A DNA stretch of 64,000 nucleotides from an uncultured virus (IMG/VR IMGVR_UViG_3300009658_000598). Its lineage: Duplodnaviria > Heunggongvirae > Uroviricota > Caudoviricetes. The DNA lies in IMG/VR virus record IMGVR_UViG_3300009658_000598. One strand, written 5' to 3'. A model generated the notes under the pieces. It saw only the letters and a program-made list of their open reading frames with translations. It was not told the DNA's origin and searched no databases. The position numbers and the translations under genes are program-made. Shown piece by piece: positions 19,286 to 29,291 of the stretch; position 1 is the first letter of the stretch; each line of letters begins with the position of its first letter.

Positions 19286-22200
19286 TCACATCTTCACTGC
19301 ATTCCTCGTCAACCTATAAATCTCCAGCCGTGACAGTGCTTTAGGCGAGTTATTCGTCTGATTCACTGTCCGGCTGTTGTCGTTATTATAGTAGTTGTTA
19401 ACCGTACCGCCGGAACTGCTATTCAGAGCCGCACCAGAAATACCATTCAAACTATAATTCAAATCAGAATCCATGGTTAGTTGCATTGCCTGAGCAACGC
19501 CACAGACCGCTTTTTCCACATACTTCTTGCTCTTGTTAATGCCCTCAGCTAATCCTTTCATAAAGTCCGGCATCCAGCTTTCGTAATCGGTCAGCGGACC
19601 TTTGTCCGGTACGGAAAAGTGCAGGAAATCACGAATGGTATCTGCCACACCAGTGACCGTATCTGCCAGATTGCTAATCATGCTCTTGATGCCGTCAATG
19701 ATACCGCTGATAATGTCTGCACCCCAGTTCCATGCATCAGAAGCAAGCCCCTTGATCCAGTCAACCGCCGCCTGAAATCCGTCCTGAATGGCAGTTTTCA
19801 CGCCGCTGACCTTTGTGGAAACAGCGCTTTTAATGCTGTCCCAGATGTTGGAGATCGTGGATTTGATGGTGTTCATGATGCTTGAAATCTTGCTGGAAAT
19901 AGAATCCCAAACAGAAGAAACCACGCTTTTGATGCTGTTCAGAATGGGACTCAAAAAGCCATAAATCGCATTCCAGACCGAAGTTATCACAGACTGAATC
20001 ACACCAAGTACTGTATCAATGACACTTTTAATGGCGTTCCAGATGGTAGTAAAAGTGTTTTTGATGCCTTCCAGAATTGGCGTCAGAAATGAAACGATTG
20101 CATTCCAGATAGCGGAAATCTTCTCCGAAATCCAGTCCATTACCATACCAATCAGAATCTGAATCGCCTGGAATATTGTCTCAAACAGGTATTTGAAAGC
20201 ATCCAGAAGAGGTGCAATGGTTTCATAAATGCTGTTCCAGACAGTCATAATGGTGTTGTAAATGGTCTGGAATACTGTGGAAACCACTGTGTAAATGGCA
20301 TTAAAAATATTGCTGAAAAAGGTGTAGATTCCAGTCCAGATGTTGACGAAAAAGTCTCGGATACCCGTAACAATTCCGGTAAAAAACGTGGAAATACTCG
20401 TCCAGATATTCACAAAGAAGTCCCTGATAGAAGTCCATACCTCGTCCCAGCTTGTGCCGAACCAACCCAGCACCACATCGGCAATGCCTTTCAGGGTGTT
20501 CATGATATTGGAAAATGTGTTTACAATAAAGTTCCAGATGGAAGTAAATATGCCTTTGACACCGTTCCACAGCTGATCCCAGTTGCCGGTAAACAGACCA
20601 ATGAATACATCCAGCAGTCCGAGAATGATGCCGGATATCTCAGAAAAAATATTTGCAATGTTCTGAAATACTCCCTCAAACACAGGGGCAAGGAGATTAC
20701 ATAACGCATCCCATGCCGCTTTCAGCATATCGGTGAAACTTTCAAAGTTGAATCCAAGCGCATTGATGCGGTCGGTGATACCTTGCGTCAGACCGGAAAA
20801 TGTACTTTTGATTTGTTCCCATATGCCGAGAATATTATTTTTGAAATTCTCATTCGTTTTCCATAGATGCATGAATGCCGCTACAAGAGCCGCAATTGCC
20901 GCAACCACGGCAAGAATTGTTCCGAGAGAAACGCCCAATGCACCAGTCACAGCGGTAATGCCGCCTTTGACCGCACCAATCGCAGCAGGTGCTTTTGACA
21001 CCAGAGAAAGGACGCTGCCAATGCCGGAGATTGTTTTGCCAATAACGATGAGGAGAGGACCCAATGCCGCCGCCACCAGAGCAATTTTTACAATGGTCTC
21101 TTTGGTCTGTGGGTCTAACTGATTCAGCTTATCCACCAACCCTTGAATATGGGAAACAATCGAACGAATAGCAGGCATCAGAATATCCGAAAAAGAAATC
21201 GCCAATTCTTCCAGCTGAGATTTCAGAATGGTCAGCTGTCCGGCAAGGTTGTCCTGCATGGTTTCTGCCATGGAAAGGGACGTGCCGTCACAGTCAGAAA
21301 TTGCACCGGATAGCTTTTCGATATCCGCAGGTGCAGCGTTCATGAGAGCAAGGAAACCGGACATTGCATTTTTGCCCACAAGAGCCTGTGCAGCAGATGC
21401 CTGTTCTGATTCAGAAAGTCCGGCAAAAGCGACTCTGCAATCAGCCAGAATATCGGAAAGTTCACGCATACTGCCATCTGCGTTGGTGGTTTGAATTTCA
21501 ACTTCACCAATGGATTCACCGCAAAACTTTACTTCTCCGGCAAGTGCAGTCATAATAGAGCGCAGTGACGTTCCTGCTTGGGTGGATTTGATTCCGGCGT
21601 TCGCCATCAAACCAATAGCTTCTGCTGTATCCTCTACGGAGAAACCAAGAGAGCCTGCAACCGGAGCAGCGTACTTGAAGGTTTCGCCCATCATAGAAAC
21701 ATTGGTGTTAGCATTACTGGATGCTGCCGCTAACACATCAGCAAAGTGAGCACTGTCGGCAGCAGTTAAGCCGAAAGCAGTCAGTGCGTCAGTTACAATA
21801 TCGGAAGTTGTAGCCAGATCTTCTCCCGAAGCGGCAGCAAGATTCATGACACCTTCGATGCCGGAAAGCATATCTTCTGTTTTCCAGCCTGCCATTGCCA
21901 TATAATTCATGGCTTCGGCAGCTTCACTTGCGGAGAATTTTGTCTGGGAACCCATTTCACGGGCTTTATCTCGTAAGGCTTGCAGATCATCACCAGTCGC
22001 ACCAGATACAGCGGCGACCTTGCTCATGGCAGCATCAAAGTCTGCTCCTGTTTTAACAGCAACAGTTCCCAGTGCAGTGATTCCGGCAGTCACGGGAAGC
22101 AGCTTTTCACCTGCATCGGAAATCTTGTCACCAACATTCTGCATCACTTCACCTGCCGCACCGAGTTTTGCAAAGACTGTATTTGTCTTGTCGGCTTCGT

Positions 22201-22543
22201 TTTGCAGGTTCCGCAGTTCTTGCTCTGTCTCAATGATTTCACGCTGGAGAGCGTCGTATTGTTCCTGTGAGATGTCACCGTTTGCAAGAGCGGTATTTGC
22301 CTGTTCTGCAGCAGTTTTCAGCGTTTCCAGTTTTTCTTTTGTGGAGGAAACCGCATCGGCTAACAGTTTCTGTTTCTGGGAGAGCAGTTCAGTATTGGAC
22401 GGGTCAAGTTTCAGCAGCTTTTCTACGTCCCTCAGCTGTGTCTGGGTGTTTCGGATATTTTTGTTCACACCTTCCAGTGCTTTGGAAAGCTTGGTGGTGT
22501 CACCGTTGATCTCGACTGTGATACCCTTGATTCTGTTTGCCAT
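19286..22543 (-). CDS. Tape measure protein
   Basis: 1085 aa; TP901-type core (FSASEAAEAM) and periodic W/F repeats. Confidence 0.92.
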   Translation of the reverse strand: MANRIKGITVEINGDTTKLSKALEGVNKNIRNTQTQLRDVEKLLKLDPSNTELLSQKQKLLADAVSSTKEKLETLKTAAEQANTALANGDISQEQYDALQREIIETEQELRNLQNEADKTNTVFAKLGAAGEVMQNVGDKISDAGEKLLPVTAGITALGTVAVKTGADFDAAMSKVAAVSGATGDDLQALRDKAREMGSQTKFSASEAAEAMNYMAMAGWKTEDMLSGIEGVMNLAAASGEDLATTSDIVTDALTAFGLTAADSAHFADVLAAASSNANTNVSMMGETFKYAAPVAGSLGFSVEDTAEAIGLMANAGIKSTQAGTSLRSIMTALAGEVKFCGESIGEVEIQTTNADGSMRELSDILADCRVAFAGLSESEQASAAQALVGKNAMSGFLALMNAAPADIEKLSGAISDCDGTSLSMAETMQDNLAGQLTILKSQLEELAISFSDILMPAIRSIVSHIQGLVDKLNQLDPQTKETIVKIALVAAALGPLLIVIGKTISGIGSVLSLVSKAPAAIGAVKGGITAVTGALGVSLGTILAVVAAIAALVAAFMHLWKTNENFKNNILGIWEQIKSTFSGLTQGITDRINALGFNFESFTDMLKAAWDALCNLLAPVFEGVFQNIANIFSEISGIILGLLDVFIGLFTGNWDQLWNGVKGIFTSIWNFIVNTFSNIMNTLKGIADVVLGWFGTSWDEVWTSIRDFFVNIWTSISTFFTGIVTGIRDFFVNIWTGIYTFFSNIFNAIYTVVSTVFQTIYNTIMTVWNSIYETIAPLLDAFKYLFETIFQAIQILIGMVMDWISEKISAIWNAIVSFLTPILEGIKNTFTTIWNAIKSVIDTVLGVIQSVITSVWNAIYGFLSPILNSIKSVVSSVWDSISSKISSIMNTIKSTISNIWDSIKSAVSTKVSGVKTAIQDGFQAAVDWIKGLASDAWNWGADIISGIIDGIKSMISNLADTVTGVADTIRDFLHFSVPDKGPLTDYESWMPDFMKGLAEGINKSKKYVEKAVCGVAQAMQLTMDSDLNYSLNGISGAALNSSSGGTVNNYYNNDNSRTVNQTNNSPKALSRLEIYRLTRNAVKM

Positions 22544-22561
22544 GCGGTCACCTCCATTCTG

Positions 22562-22746
22562 CTAAAAACGGTCAAAATCATCCTGAGATGCAAGCGTATC
22601 ATACTTGAAATCGTCATTTTCCCGTTCAGTAAACATATCATTCACGATTCCGATAGTGAGCATATCCAATTCACTAAGAGATAGTCCCAACTGTACACAC
22701 CGCAGCAGAAAAAGCGGCGTTGTCATTTCTCTGTCAATCGGGCGAT
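22562..22746 (-). CDS. Tail assembly chaperone GT extension (-1 frameshift frame)
   Basis: Open -1 frame HRPIDREMTTPLFLLRCVQLG...DDFDRF after the slippery A AAA AAC at 22747-22753. Confidence 0.75.
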
Positions 22747-23103
22747 GTTTTTTTTAGATTCCACCTGTGTTTCGATGTTCAGTCCCCAAAGTTCTATCAG
22801 CTGTGGCAAAATCTCGTAAATACTGAAAGTGTTAAACTGCTCCAGCCAATCATCCGGAGAGGACGGAACATTGTCAGGATCAGCGTGTTTCGCCATAATA
22901 TAGGCGATATTCTCAAAGACTTCAAGGCTCTCAATGTCCAGTCCGGAGTTATCCGCATCACCTTCGGATACAGATTTTTGCAGTGCCGCAAAATCCTTGT
23001 AAATATCTCTTCCGAATTTCAAACGATAAAGGCGAGGTACAGCAGCACTTGCCTTGAACGGTACTTCTATCCCGTCCACCAGAATATTTTTCTTGATTGC
23101 CAT
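22723..23103 (-). CDS. Tail assembly chaperone G
   Basis: Between the major tail and tape measure genes; ends ESKKN. Confidence 0.8.
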   Translation of the reverse strand: MAIKKNILVDGIEVPFKASAAVPRLYRLKFGRDIYKDFAALQKSVSEGDADNSGLDIESLEVFENIAYIMAKHADPDNVPSSPDDWLEQFNTFSIYEILPQLIELWGLNIETQVESKKNIARLTEK

Positions 23104-23114
23104 AGAATCACCCC

Positions 23115-23729
23115 TTACGATTTAGTTGTTGTCGTGGCCTTCACAGATGTATCTGGATTATACGGCATTTTGTACCAGTTGTTGTAGGTAGTTTCGTCTG
23201 TTTCTTCACAGGTTTTCGCCTTCACCAAGCCTGTCGGAAGTGCCGTTGCTGTGAGAGACAGTGTTTCTGTCTTAACCTCAGTAGAATCTTCCGTTGTCTG
23301 TCCTTCTGTTGCAGGACGGCTTGCACTGCAGCAGTAGAGGACATGACGAATCTTGTGCTTGTCACCGGAGAACTCAAACATCAGTGCAAACTGCGCAGGT
23401 TCTGCATCGTTCTGTTCTACAAGCACACCATGGTTATCCAGAATTTCACCAAGAATTTCTGTGGCAAATTCTGTGGTAACAAGTGCCACTTCGAGATCAC
23501 CCTCATAACCGGAATTGTTATTGATGACGTAATACACCCCATTGTCGGCATAGAAATTTTCGTTGCCGCCGTTGGCATCAATAGACAATGAAACTGCACC
23601 AGGAAGGCTTACGGATTCGCCATATGCCGGTACCGTCTTGTTTCCATCAGAATCTTCGCCCCATTGGATAATCTTTGCCCAATGTACGTTGGACAAGCCA
23701 AATTTCACCTTGTTTCTTTTCTTTGCCAT
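23115..23729 (-). CDS. Major tail protein (phi13 family)
   Basis: KVKFGLSNVH and FYADNGVY motifs. Confidence 0.85.
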   Translation of the reverse strand: MAKKRNKVKFGLSNVHWAKIIQWGEDSDGNKTVPAYGESVSLPGAVSLSIDANGGNENFYADNGVYYVINNNSGYEGDLEVALVTTEFATEILGEILDNHGVLVEQNDAEPAQFALMFEFSGDKHKIRHVLYCCSASRPATEGQTTEDSTEVKTETLSLTATALPTGLVKAKTCEETDETTYNNWYKMPYNPDTSVKATTTTKS

Positions 23730-23732
23730 AAA

Positions 23733-24050
23733 TCAAACCTCCGTTTCGTAAAGTACTTCATAAAGTCGTTCTGACTCAATCCATACCTCGGATTTGTTGT
23801 AAAAAATATGATGCTGTCTTAAAATTTCCTCCACACGCTCTTCCGTTTCCGGGGATTTTTCATCGGTGTACAGTTCGATATCCAGATGTTTGAAACTGTG
23901 ATATGTCAAATTATCTGCGCTGAAAGTATTTTCTCCCGGGGAAAGGAAAAGCAGGAATGGAGGATTCGGACTTTCTCCCTCGGCAAAATGGTGATAGGCA
24001 AAAGGCAGTCCGACTTCCTGCATCATTTCGTTGATTTCTTCATAGGTCAT
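23733..24050 (-). CDS. Tail completion/terminator protein
   Basis: Position; AYHHF and IELYTDEK motifs. Confidence 0.7.
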   Translation of the reverse strand: MTYEEINEMMQEVGLPFAYHHFAEGESPNPPFLLFLSPGENTFSADNLTYHSFKHLDIELYTDEKSPETEERVEEILRQHHIFYNKSEVWIESERLYEVLYETEV

Positions 24051-24415
24051 GATAATGCCTTTCTGATAAAATTCTCCAGTAATTCCTCACCGTTCTGTTC
24101 AGCCGGAGCAATATGCGGTCTGGCAGCAACACGACCGCCGCCACGTTTGGCATGACCATGCTCCAGCAAATGTGCAAGCTGATAGCGGTTTTTGGAATGT
24201 ACCGTCATTTCGAGTGAATGACTATTCTCACTGACTTTTTTCGTTGCCCAGCTTTTTGAATAAGCACCAGTGTCCTTTGGCGCATTGGAAGATATCTCTT
24301 TTCTAACTTCGGTTGCAGTCTTTCGGACAGCTTTTTTCATTTCTGTATCTGCAAGGTCTGCATATTCCTGCAATCCTTTCATGATCTCAGATGCCATATC
24401 GTCAACAGAAGTCAT
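24047..24415 (-). CDS. HK97 gp10-family neck protein
   Basis: APKDTG, HLLEHGH, RPHIAPA motifs. Confidence 0.8.
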   Translation of the reverse strand: MTSVDDMASEIMKGLQEYADLADTEMKKAVRKTATEVRKEISSNAPKDTGAYSKSWATKKVSENSHSLEMTVHSKNRYQLAHLLEHGHAKRGGGRVAARPHIAPAEQNGEELLENFIRKALS

Positions 24416-24755
24416 CGCAATCACCAGCCTTTCTTGTCCCTGCAACAATTTTCATATAGTCCAGTGATTTGTAATTCGGCAGAATGCCGTCTATGTTATA
24501 GGTCAATCCACGGAATAAAATCTTATGCGTTGTGGAATTGATACGCAATGTATCCGGTGTCTGCCGCACAGTAAATTCCAGAGAGCTGACCTCTTTTGTC
24601 ACACCTGCATCTGTGGTTTCCGAAGATGATTTTACATTGACAGCAGCCCAGCAGGAGAATAATTCCTCCCACTGTGCCTTGTGGTTGCCGATGCTGTCAA
24701 TTTTCGTGTTGTGCTCCAGAATGGTGATTCGCTGATTGAGATTTCCGATTTCCAT
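24402..24755 (-). CDS. Head closure protein
   Basis: IGNLNQRITI N-terminus; position. Confidence 0.75.
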   Translation of the reverse strand: MEIGNLNQRITILEHNTKIDSIGNHKAQWEELFSCWAAVNVKSSSETTDAGVTKEVSSLEFTVRQTPDTLRINSTTHKILFRGLTYNIDGILPNYKSLDYMKIVAGTRKAGDCDDFC

Positions 24756-25027
24756 CAGATTACCTCCTCACGCTGTGCAAAGAGAATAGAACGTAGAGAT
24801 AAGGTAAGTTTTTTCATATCGGCTGTATTGCGGTTTTCATAAAGATAGCCAAGTGCGAACAACATAGCCGTCCGCACTGTATCTTCATTTTGTGCAAGCT
24901 CTTCTTCGTCAATTCTTCCTACGTCCATGCACAGCTTTTTCGCCGTCAAAAGTAAGTCCTGAATCAGCTTGTCATCCTCGCTGTGATCCACACGAAGATA
25001 GTTTTTTGCTTCTTGTAATGTTACCAC
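24755..25027 (-). CDS. Head-tail connector (gp6-like)
   Basis: TLQEAKNYLRVD...YLYENR. Confidence 0.85.
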   Translation of the reverse strand: MVTLQEAKNYLRVDHSEDDKLIQDLLLTAKKLCMDVGRIDEEELAQNEDTVRTAMLFALGYLYENRNTADMKKLTLSLRSILFAQREEVI

Positions 25028-25049
25028 CCACTCCAGCCCCTTTCTGCTA

Positions 25050-26261
25050 TTATGCCTTTGTTGTGGAAGTGCCCTTGATAGTCAGTGTCTTTACAGCCTC
25101 CGGGAGGATGAGTCTGCCATCTACACGCTGACTTGCAATAAAACCGACCTGTCCGTTCATGGCAAAGACCTCATTCAGGCGCTTAAAGGTTCTGCCCTGA
25201 CGGTCGCCAATCCAGTAGTACTTGAAATCACCGAATGCAATCGCCTTGCTGCCGGCTTCTAAAGTCGGAACATAGCTGGAAGTATAATACGGGCGATTGA
25301 GAATCATATCTGGTACACCTGCCTGTACAGATGGATTCCAGATATAGTTTCCGGTGTTGTCCTTCAGCTTGCGAAGTGCCTTGACCGTGGTGTCATTCAT
25401 CACCCAGACGGCTTTCTTGCGGTATGGTGATTTTAACGAATAGAAGAGTTCCATGATGTCATCAAATGTAATTGCCGCACCGGAAGTAGTCACTCCGTCT
25501 TCTGCACCGCCAGCATCGGCAAAAATACCGGTCGGCTTACCTTTACCGTCACCTACAAAGAATGCCTCTTCTTCCTTTGCTCCCACACGTCTTGCAAACT
25601 CTTTTGCAATATACGAAGGCAAGTCAAAGGCAGAATCATTCAAGAGCTCTTCCGAAATCTTAATAGCAGTACCAACTTTGTAAGCAGAAAGAGATGCCTG
25701 TCCGAAAACGTCATCAGACAGAGAATAGGCTTCTTCCTCGTCCATCCACACTGCCTCGCCCTTGCTGGTCACGATTGGAATCTTACGGTCACCGGAAGAT
25801 GTCTGAATCACTGTTGCCAGCTGACGGAAAATATTCTCTTCTTCCAGTGATTCGATTAACTTCTTTTCAAATTCATCCGGGCAGAGATAACCACCCTCCG
25901 AATCAGTGCCGATCTGCAAATCATTATGGACATCAATATAGTTGCGATTGCGGATATTGTTCCAGAATGCTTTATTGTAGCTGTCCGATGCAATGCCAGT
26001 CTTTTCTGACTGCTCTGTATGTGTTCCGGGTACAGACACCAGTGGCACAGATGTTGCAGCATTCATCTCACGGGCAAGCTTTTCCTGACGTTCCAGACGG
26101 TCGATTTCCTTTCCGTAAGCCACAATCTGTTGCTCCATGGCATCATAGGTCTTGCTGTCCTCTTCGGAAAGCAAACCGCTGTCGTTACGCTTGGAATCTA
26201 GAAATTCTCTTGCATCATCCCAAGCCTTCGCTCTCTTTTCTCTCAGTTCCTGAATGGTCAT
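25050..26261 (-). CDS. HK97-fold major capsid protein
   Basis: Coiled-coil delta domain, GGYLCP, ISEELLNDS, FGDF, RVDG motifs. Confidence 0.92.
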   Translation of the reverse strand: MTIQELREKRAKAWDDAREFLDSKRNDSGLLSEEDSKTYDAMEQQIVAYGKEIDRLERQEKLAREMNAATSVPLVSVPGTHTEQSEKTGIASDSYNKAFWNNIRNRNYIDVHNDLQIGTDSEGGYLCPDEFEKKLIESLEEENIFRQLATVIQTSSGDRKIPIVTSKGEAVWMDEEEAYSLSDDVFGQASLSAYKVGTAIKISEELLNDSAFDLPSYIAKEFARRVGAKEEEAFFVGDGKGKPTGIFADAGGAEDGVTTSGAAITFDDIMELFYSLKSPYRKKAVWVMNDTTVKALRKLKDNTGNYIWNPSVQAGVPDMILNRPYYTSSYVPTLEAGSKAIAFGDFKYYWIGDRQGRTFKRLNEVFAMNGQVGFIASQRVDGRLILPEAVKTLTIKGTSTTKA

Positions 26262-26275
26262 GTTCATTCCTCCAA

Positions 26276-27001
26276 TCAATCTTTTAAAAGTGCCAGACGT
26301 TTGTCCAGCTGGTTAATGGGAACACCTTTCGGTGTAATAGCGGATATTTTCTGCATCAGTGATGCAGTGGTCTGAATTGGTGAATACAGCATAGACATCT
26401 GCTTTTCATCCGGATTGGATTCTTCTTTTTCGGGAACAGATGACTTTTTCCTGTCTTTATCATCAAATAGGATACCGTCAGCAAAACCTAGCTGCTGTGC
26501 TTTCTCTGCATTCAGCCATGTCTCATCATCCATTAGTTTTGATATCTTGTTTCGGCTCAGTCCTGTTTTTCGGGTATATGCGTTGATGATGCCTTCCTTG
26601 ATTTCATCTAAAAGTGCAATTGCTTTTTCCATCTCTGCTTTATTCCCTGAAGCATAGGTCATAGGGTTATGAATCATCAGATAGCCTGTCGGACTAATCA
26701 GTGTTTCATCTCCTGCCATGGCTACAACAGATGCTGCTGATGCTGCAATACCGTCAATCTTTACTGTCACTTTGCTTTTATGATTTCGAAGCATGGTGTA
26801 GATTTGACTTGCAGAAATGCAATCGCCGCCCGGACTGTTCAGCCAGACAGTCAGATCTCCGCTGACTTTTGATAGCTCATCACGAAACAGAGCCGGAGTT
26901 ATTTCATCACCCAGCCACGTTTCATCAGATATCGGTCCCTCAAAGTAAAGTTCCGTTTCCGAGGTATCTTCGTTCTTCACGAAGTTCCAGAATTTCTTCA
27001 T
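26276..27001 (-). CDS. ClpP-like prohead protease
   Basis: NSPGG, ASAAS, MIHNP motifs. Confidence 0.9.
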   Translation of the reverse strand: MKKFWNFVKNEDTSETELYFEGPISDETWLGDEITPALFRDELSKVSGDLTVWLNSPGGDCISASQIYTMLRNHKSKVTVKIDGIAASAASVVAMAGDETLISPTGYLMIHNPMTYASGNKAEMEKAIALLDEIKEGIINAYTRKTGLSRNKISKLMDDETWLNAEKAQQLGFADGILFDDKDRKKSSVPEKEESNPDEKQMSMLYSPIQTTASLMQKISAITPKGVPINQLDKRLALLKD

Positions 27002-28254
27002 TCGGTTTCTTCCTCCTTTATTGGTTTAGGATTTGCAAATGCACCAGCTTCAGAAAGTTTTGTAAAGCTGCCATTACACAAATAGAGATCTCCACCCTCT
27101 TCGGCAGGAATCATATTCATATCTTCCATTTCACGAATATCATTAGCGGACATCCAGCCGTTCTGACGTGCTGTTGCATATCCCTGCATTCTGCTTGCAT
27201 AATCACCACGCAGAAGTCCGTCAACGTTGAATTTGATGAAATACTTGCCTTTCTCTGAATCTGAAAGGAGTGCTTTCATAAGTCCCTGTTCCCAGCGGAC
27301 AATCCAGGGGTCAAGGCTGTATTTCACGAAATCAAGTGACAGGTGTTCCACGTTTGAAAATGTGGCATGGTCAAGGTCACCAATCATGTGGAGAGGTACA
27401 CGATACAGCCTTGCAATTTCTTCAATCTGAAACTTTCTGGTTTCCAGGAACTGTGCCTCATTATTCGGAATTGCAATGGGAGTAAATTTCATGCCCTCTT
27501 CCAAGACTGCAACTTTATGAGCATTTCTTCCGCCGTAGGCTCTCTGCCATGCATCACGCACACGCTCGGGATTTTTGATAACTCCTGGGTGTTCAAGTAC
27601 ACCGCTTGGAGATGCACCATTTCCGAAGAATGACGCACCGTATTCCTCACAGGCAATAGAAATACCGATTGCATTTTTAGCAAGTGCAATCGGCGAATAT
27701 CCAACCAATCCATCAAATCCAAGTCCGGGAATATGCAGAACTTCATCGGCATAGAGAACTATGTCACCTTGTTCTTTCATATTCGGATTGGCTTCATCGT
27801 AACGGCTGTAAATATATATCAAGCGGTTTTTATCGTCACGGTCAACCTTCATCTTGTCGGGCATCAATGGATACAGTCCGATAACATCACCTCTGCCGTT
27901 TCTGATAATCTGAGCATAGGCATTGCCGTAAATCAGCAGATGTGACATTAAGGTTTCCCTGAAAACAAATGATGTCATTTCAGGATTAGGCTGGTCGTGG
28001 AGCAAAAAGTAAAGCGGGTGCTGTGTCACTCGCTCTTTTCCTTTATCGTTGTATTTGTACACATGAAGCGGTAACTGTGCAATAGCCTCCGACAAAACTC
28101 TCACGCAGGCATAAACCGCAATGTGCTGCAAGGCTGTTCTGTCGGTTACACGTTTACCGCTGTTTGCTCGTCCGAAAAAATATGTGTAGGACGGGCTGTC
28201 ATAACTGTTCTGTGGCTTATCTCTGGACTTGAAAAGTCCTGTGAAAATACCCAT
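26998..28254 (-). CDS. HK97-family portal protein
   Basis: LLIYGNAY, GYSPI, IARLYRVP motifs. Confidence 0.92.
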   Translation of the reverse strand: MGIFTGLFKSRDKPQNSYDSPSYTYFFGRANSGKRVTDRTALQHIAVYACVRVLSEAIAQLPLHVYKYNDKGKERVTQHPLYFLLHDQPNPEMTSFVFRETLMSHLLIYGNAYAQIIRNGRGDVIGLYPLMPDKMKVDRDDKNRLIYIYSRYDEANPNMKEQGDIVLYADEVLHIPGLGFDGLVGYSPIALAKNAIGISIACEEYGASFFGNGASPSGVLEHPGVIKNPERVRDAWQRAYGGRNAHKVAVLEEGMKFTPIAIPNNEAQFLETRKFQIEEIARLYRVPLHMIGDLDHATFSNVEHLSLDFVKYSLDPWIVRWEQGLMKALLSDSEKGKYFIKFNVDGLLRGDYASRMQGYATARQNGWMSANDIREMEDMNMIPAEEGGDLYLCNGSFTKLSEAGAFANPKPIKEEETE

Positions 28255-28271
28255 GAAAATCAACTCCTTTC

Positions 28272-28301
28272 TTGACTTTGTGTATATGGGTGTGGTATAA
28301 T
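28272..28301 (+). promoter_or_regulatory. sigmaA promoter of the TrmH moron
   Basis: TTGACT-N18-TATAAT with TG. Confidence 0.65.
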
Positions 28302-28414
28302 AATGTTAAACTAAATGTGGGGCAGTTGCTCTACAAATCGGAAATGGTTTTACACCCACCCCCAAATTTAAAAATCGAAGGGAGGACTTTTTCCGTCAGG
28401 AAAAAGGATACACT

Positions 28415-29236
28415 ATGCGTGAAACAAAAGTATTCAGCAAAAACAGCACATATCAGAAATTTGAAGTGCTTAAGACTAACAGAAATAAAAGGTACAGATA
28501 TAACGAGTTCTTAGTTGAGGGTGTCAGAAGCCTTAATGAAGCTGTAAAGAACAAATGGAATATAAAATCTTTTATTTATGACGGAAACAATTTATCCGGC
28601 TGGGCAAAGGAAATGATTGCAAATATTAAAACAGATGAGAATTTTTGTCTTACAGCTGAGCTTATGAATGACCTCAGCAATAAAGATGATACGTCTGAGT
28701 TAATGGCTATCATTGAAATGCGTGAGGACAAGCTTGAGAACGTGTCGCTTTCCGAAAATCCTTTTATAGTATTATTTGACAGACCGTCAAACAAAGGCAA
28801 TCTCGGAACAATGATACGCTCTTGTGATGCACTCGGAGCAGATATGCTTATCATTACAGGACATTCCATAGACCTTTATGATCCTGATGTAGTTGTTTCT
28901 GCTATGGGTTCTTTTTTCAATATGCCCGTTATACGAATCGCTGATAATAACGATCTCTTTATGTATCTAAACAAATTGAAAGAACAGTATCCGAATTTCC
29001 TTACTGTCGGAACTACCGCTCACAAGCAAAATCCGATTTATTCAGCTGACCTTACAGTTCCTCTAATGCTAATGATGGGCAATGAAACTATGGGACTGAA
29101 CAAAGCATATAAAGAATATTGCGACCTGCTTTGTACTATTCCAATGTCAGAAAAATCATACGCATCTTCGTTCAATGTAAGCTGTGCTGCTTCAATTCTG
29201 ATGTACGAAATCACAAGGCAAAGGGGCATAAAGTAA
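28415..29236 (+). CDS. TrmH/SpoU-family RNA 2'-O-methyltransferase (moron)
   Basis: NLGTMIRSCDALG, MGNETMGL, IPM...SFNVSCAA SPOUT motifs; AT-rich, opposite strand. Confidence 0.88.
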   Translation: MRETKVFSKNSTYQKFEVLKTNRNKRYRYNEFLVEGVRSLNEAVKNKWNIKSFIYDGNNLSGWAKEMIANIKTDENFCLTAELMNDLSNKDDTSELMAIIEMREDKLENVSLSENPFIVLFDRPSNKGNLGTMIRSCDALGADMLIITGHSIDLYDPDVVVSAMGSFFNMPVIRIADNNDLFMYLNKLKEQYPNFLTVGTTAHKQNPIYSADLTVPLMLMMGNETMGLNKAYKEYCDLLCTIPMSEKSYASSFNVSCAASILMYEITRQRGIK

Positions 29237-29291
29237 ATTCTATCAGTTTATTTTTGCAATGGAATATTCCCATTTGCCGAACTGATATCAA

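Noticed and set aside
21909..22565. 218-aa Ser/Ala-rich plus-strand ORF
   Set aside because: Antisense to the tape measure gene.
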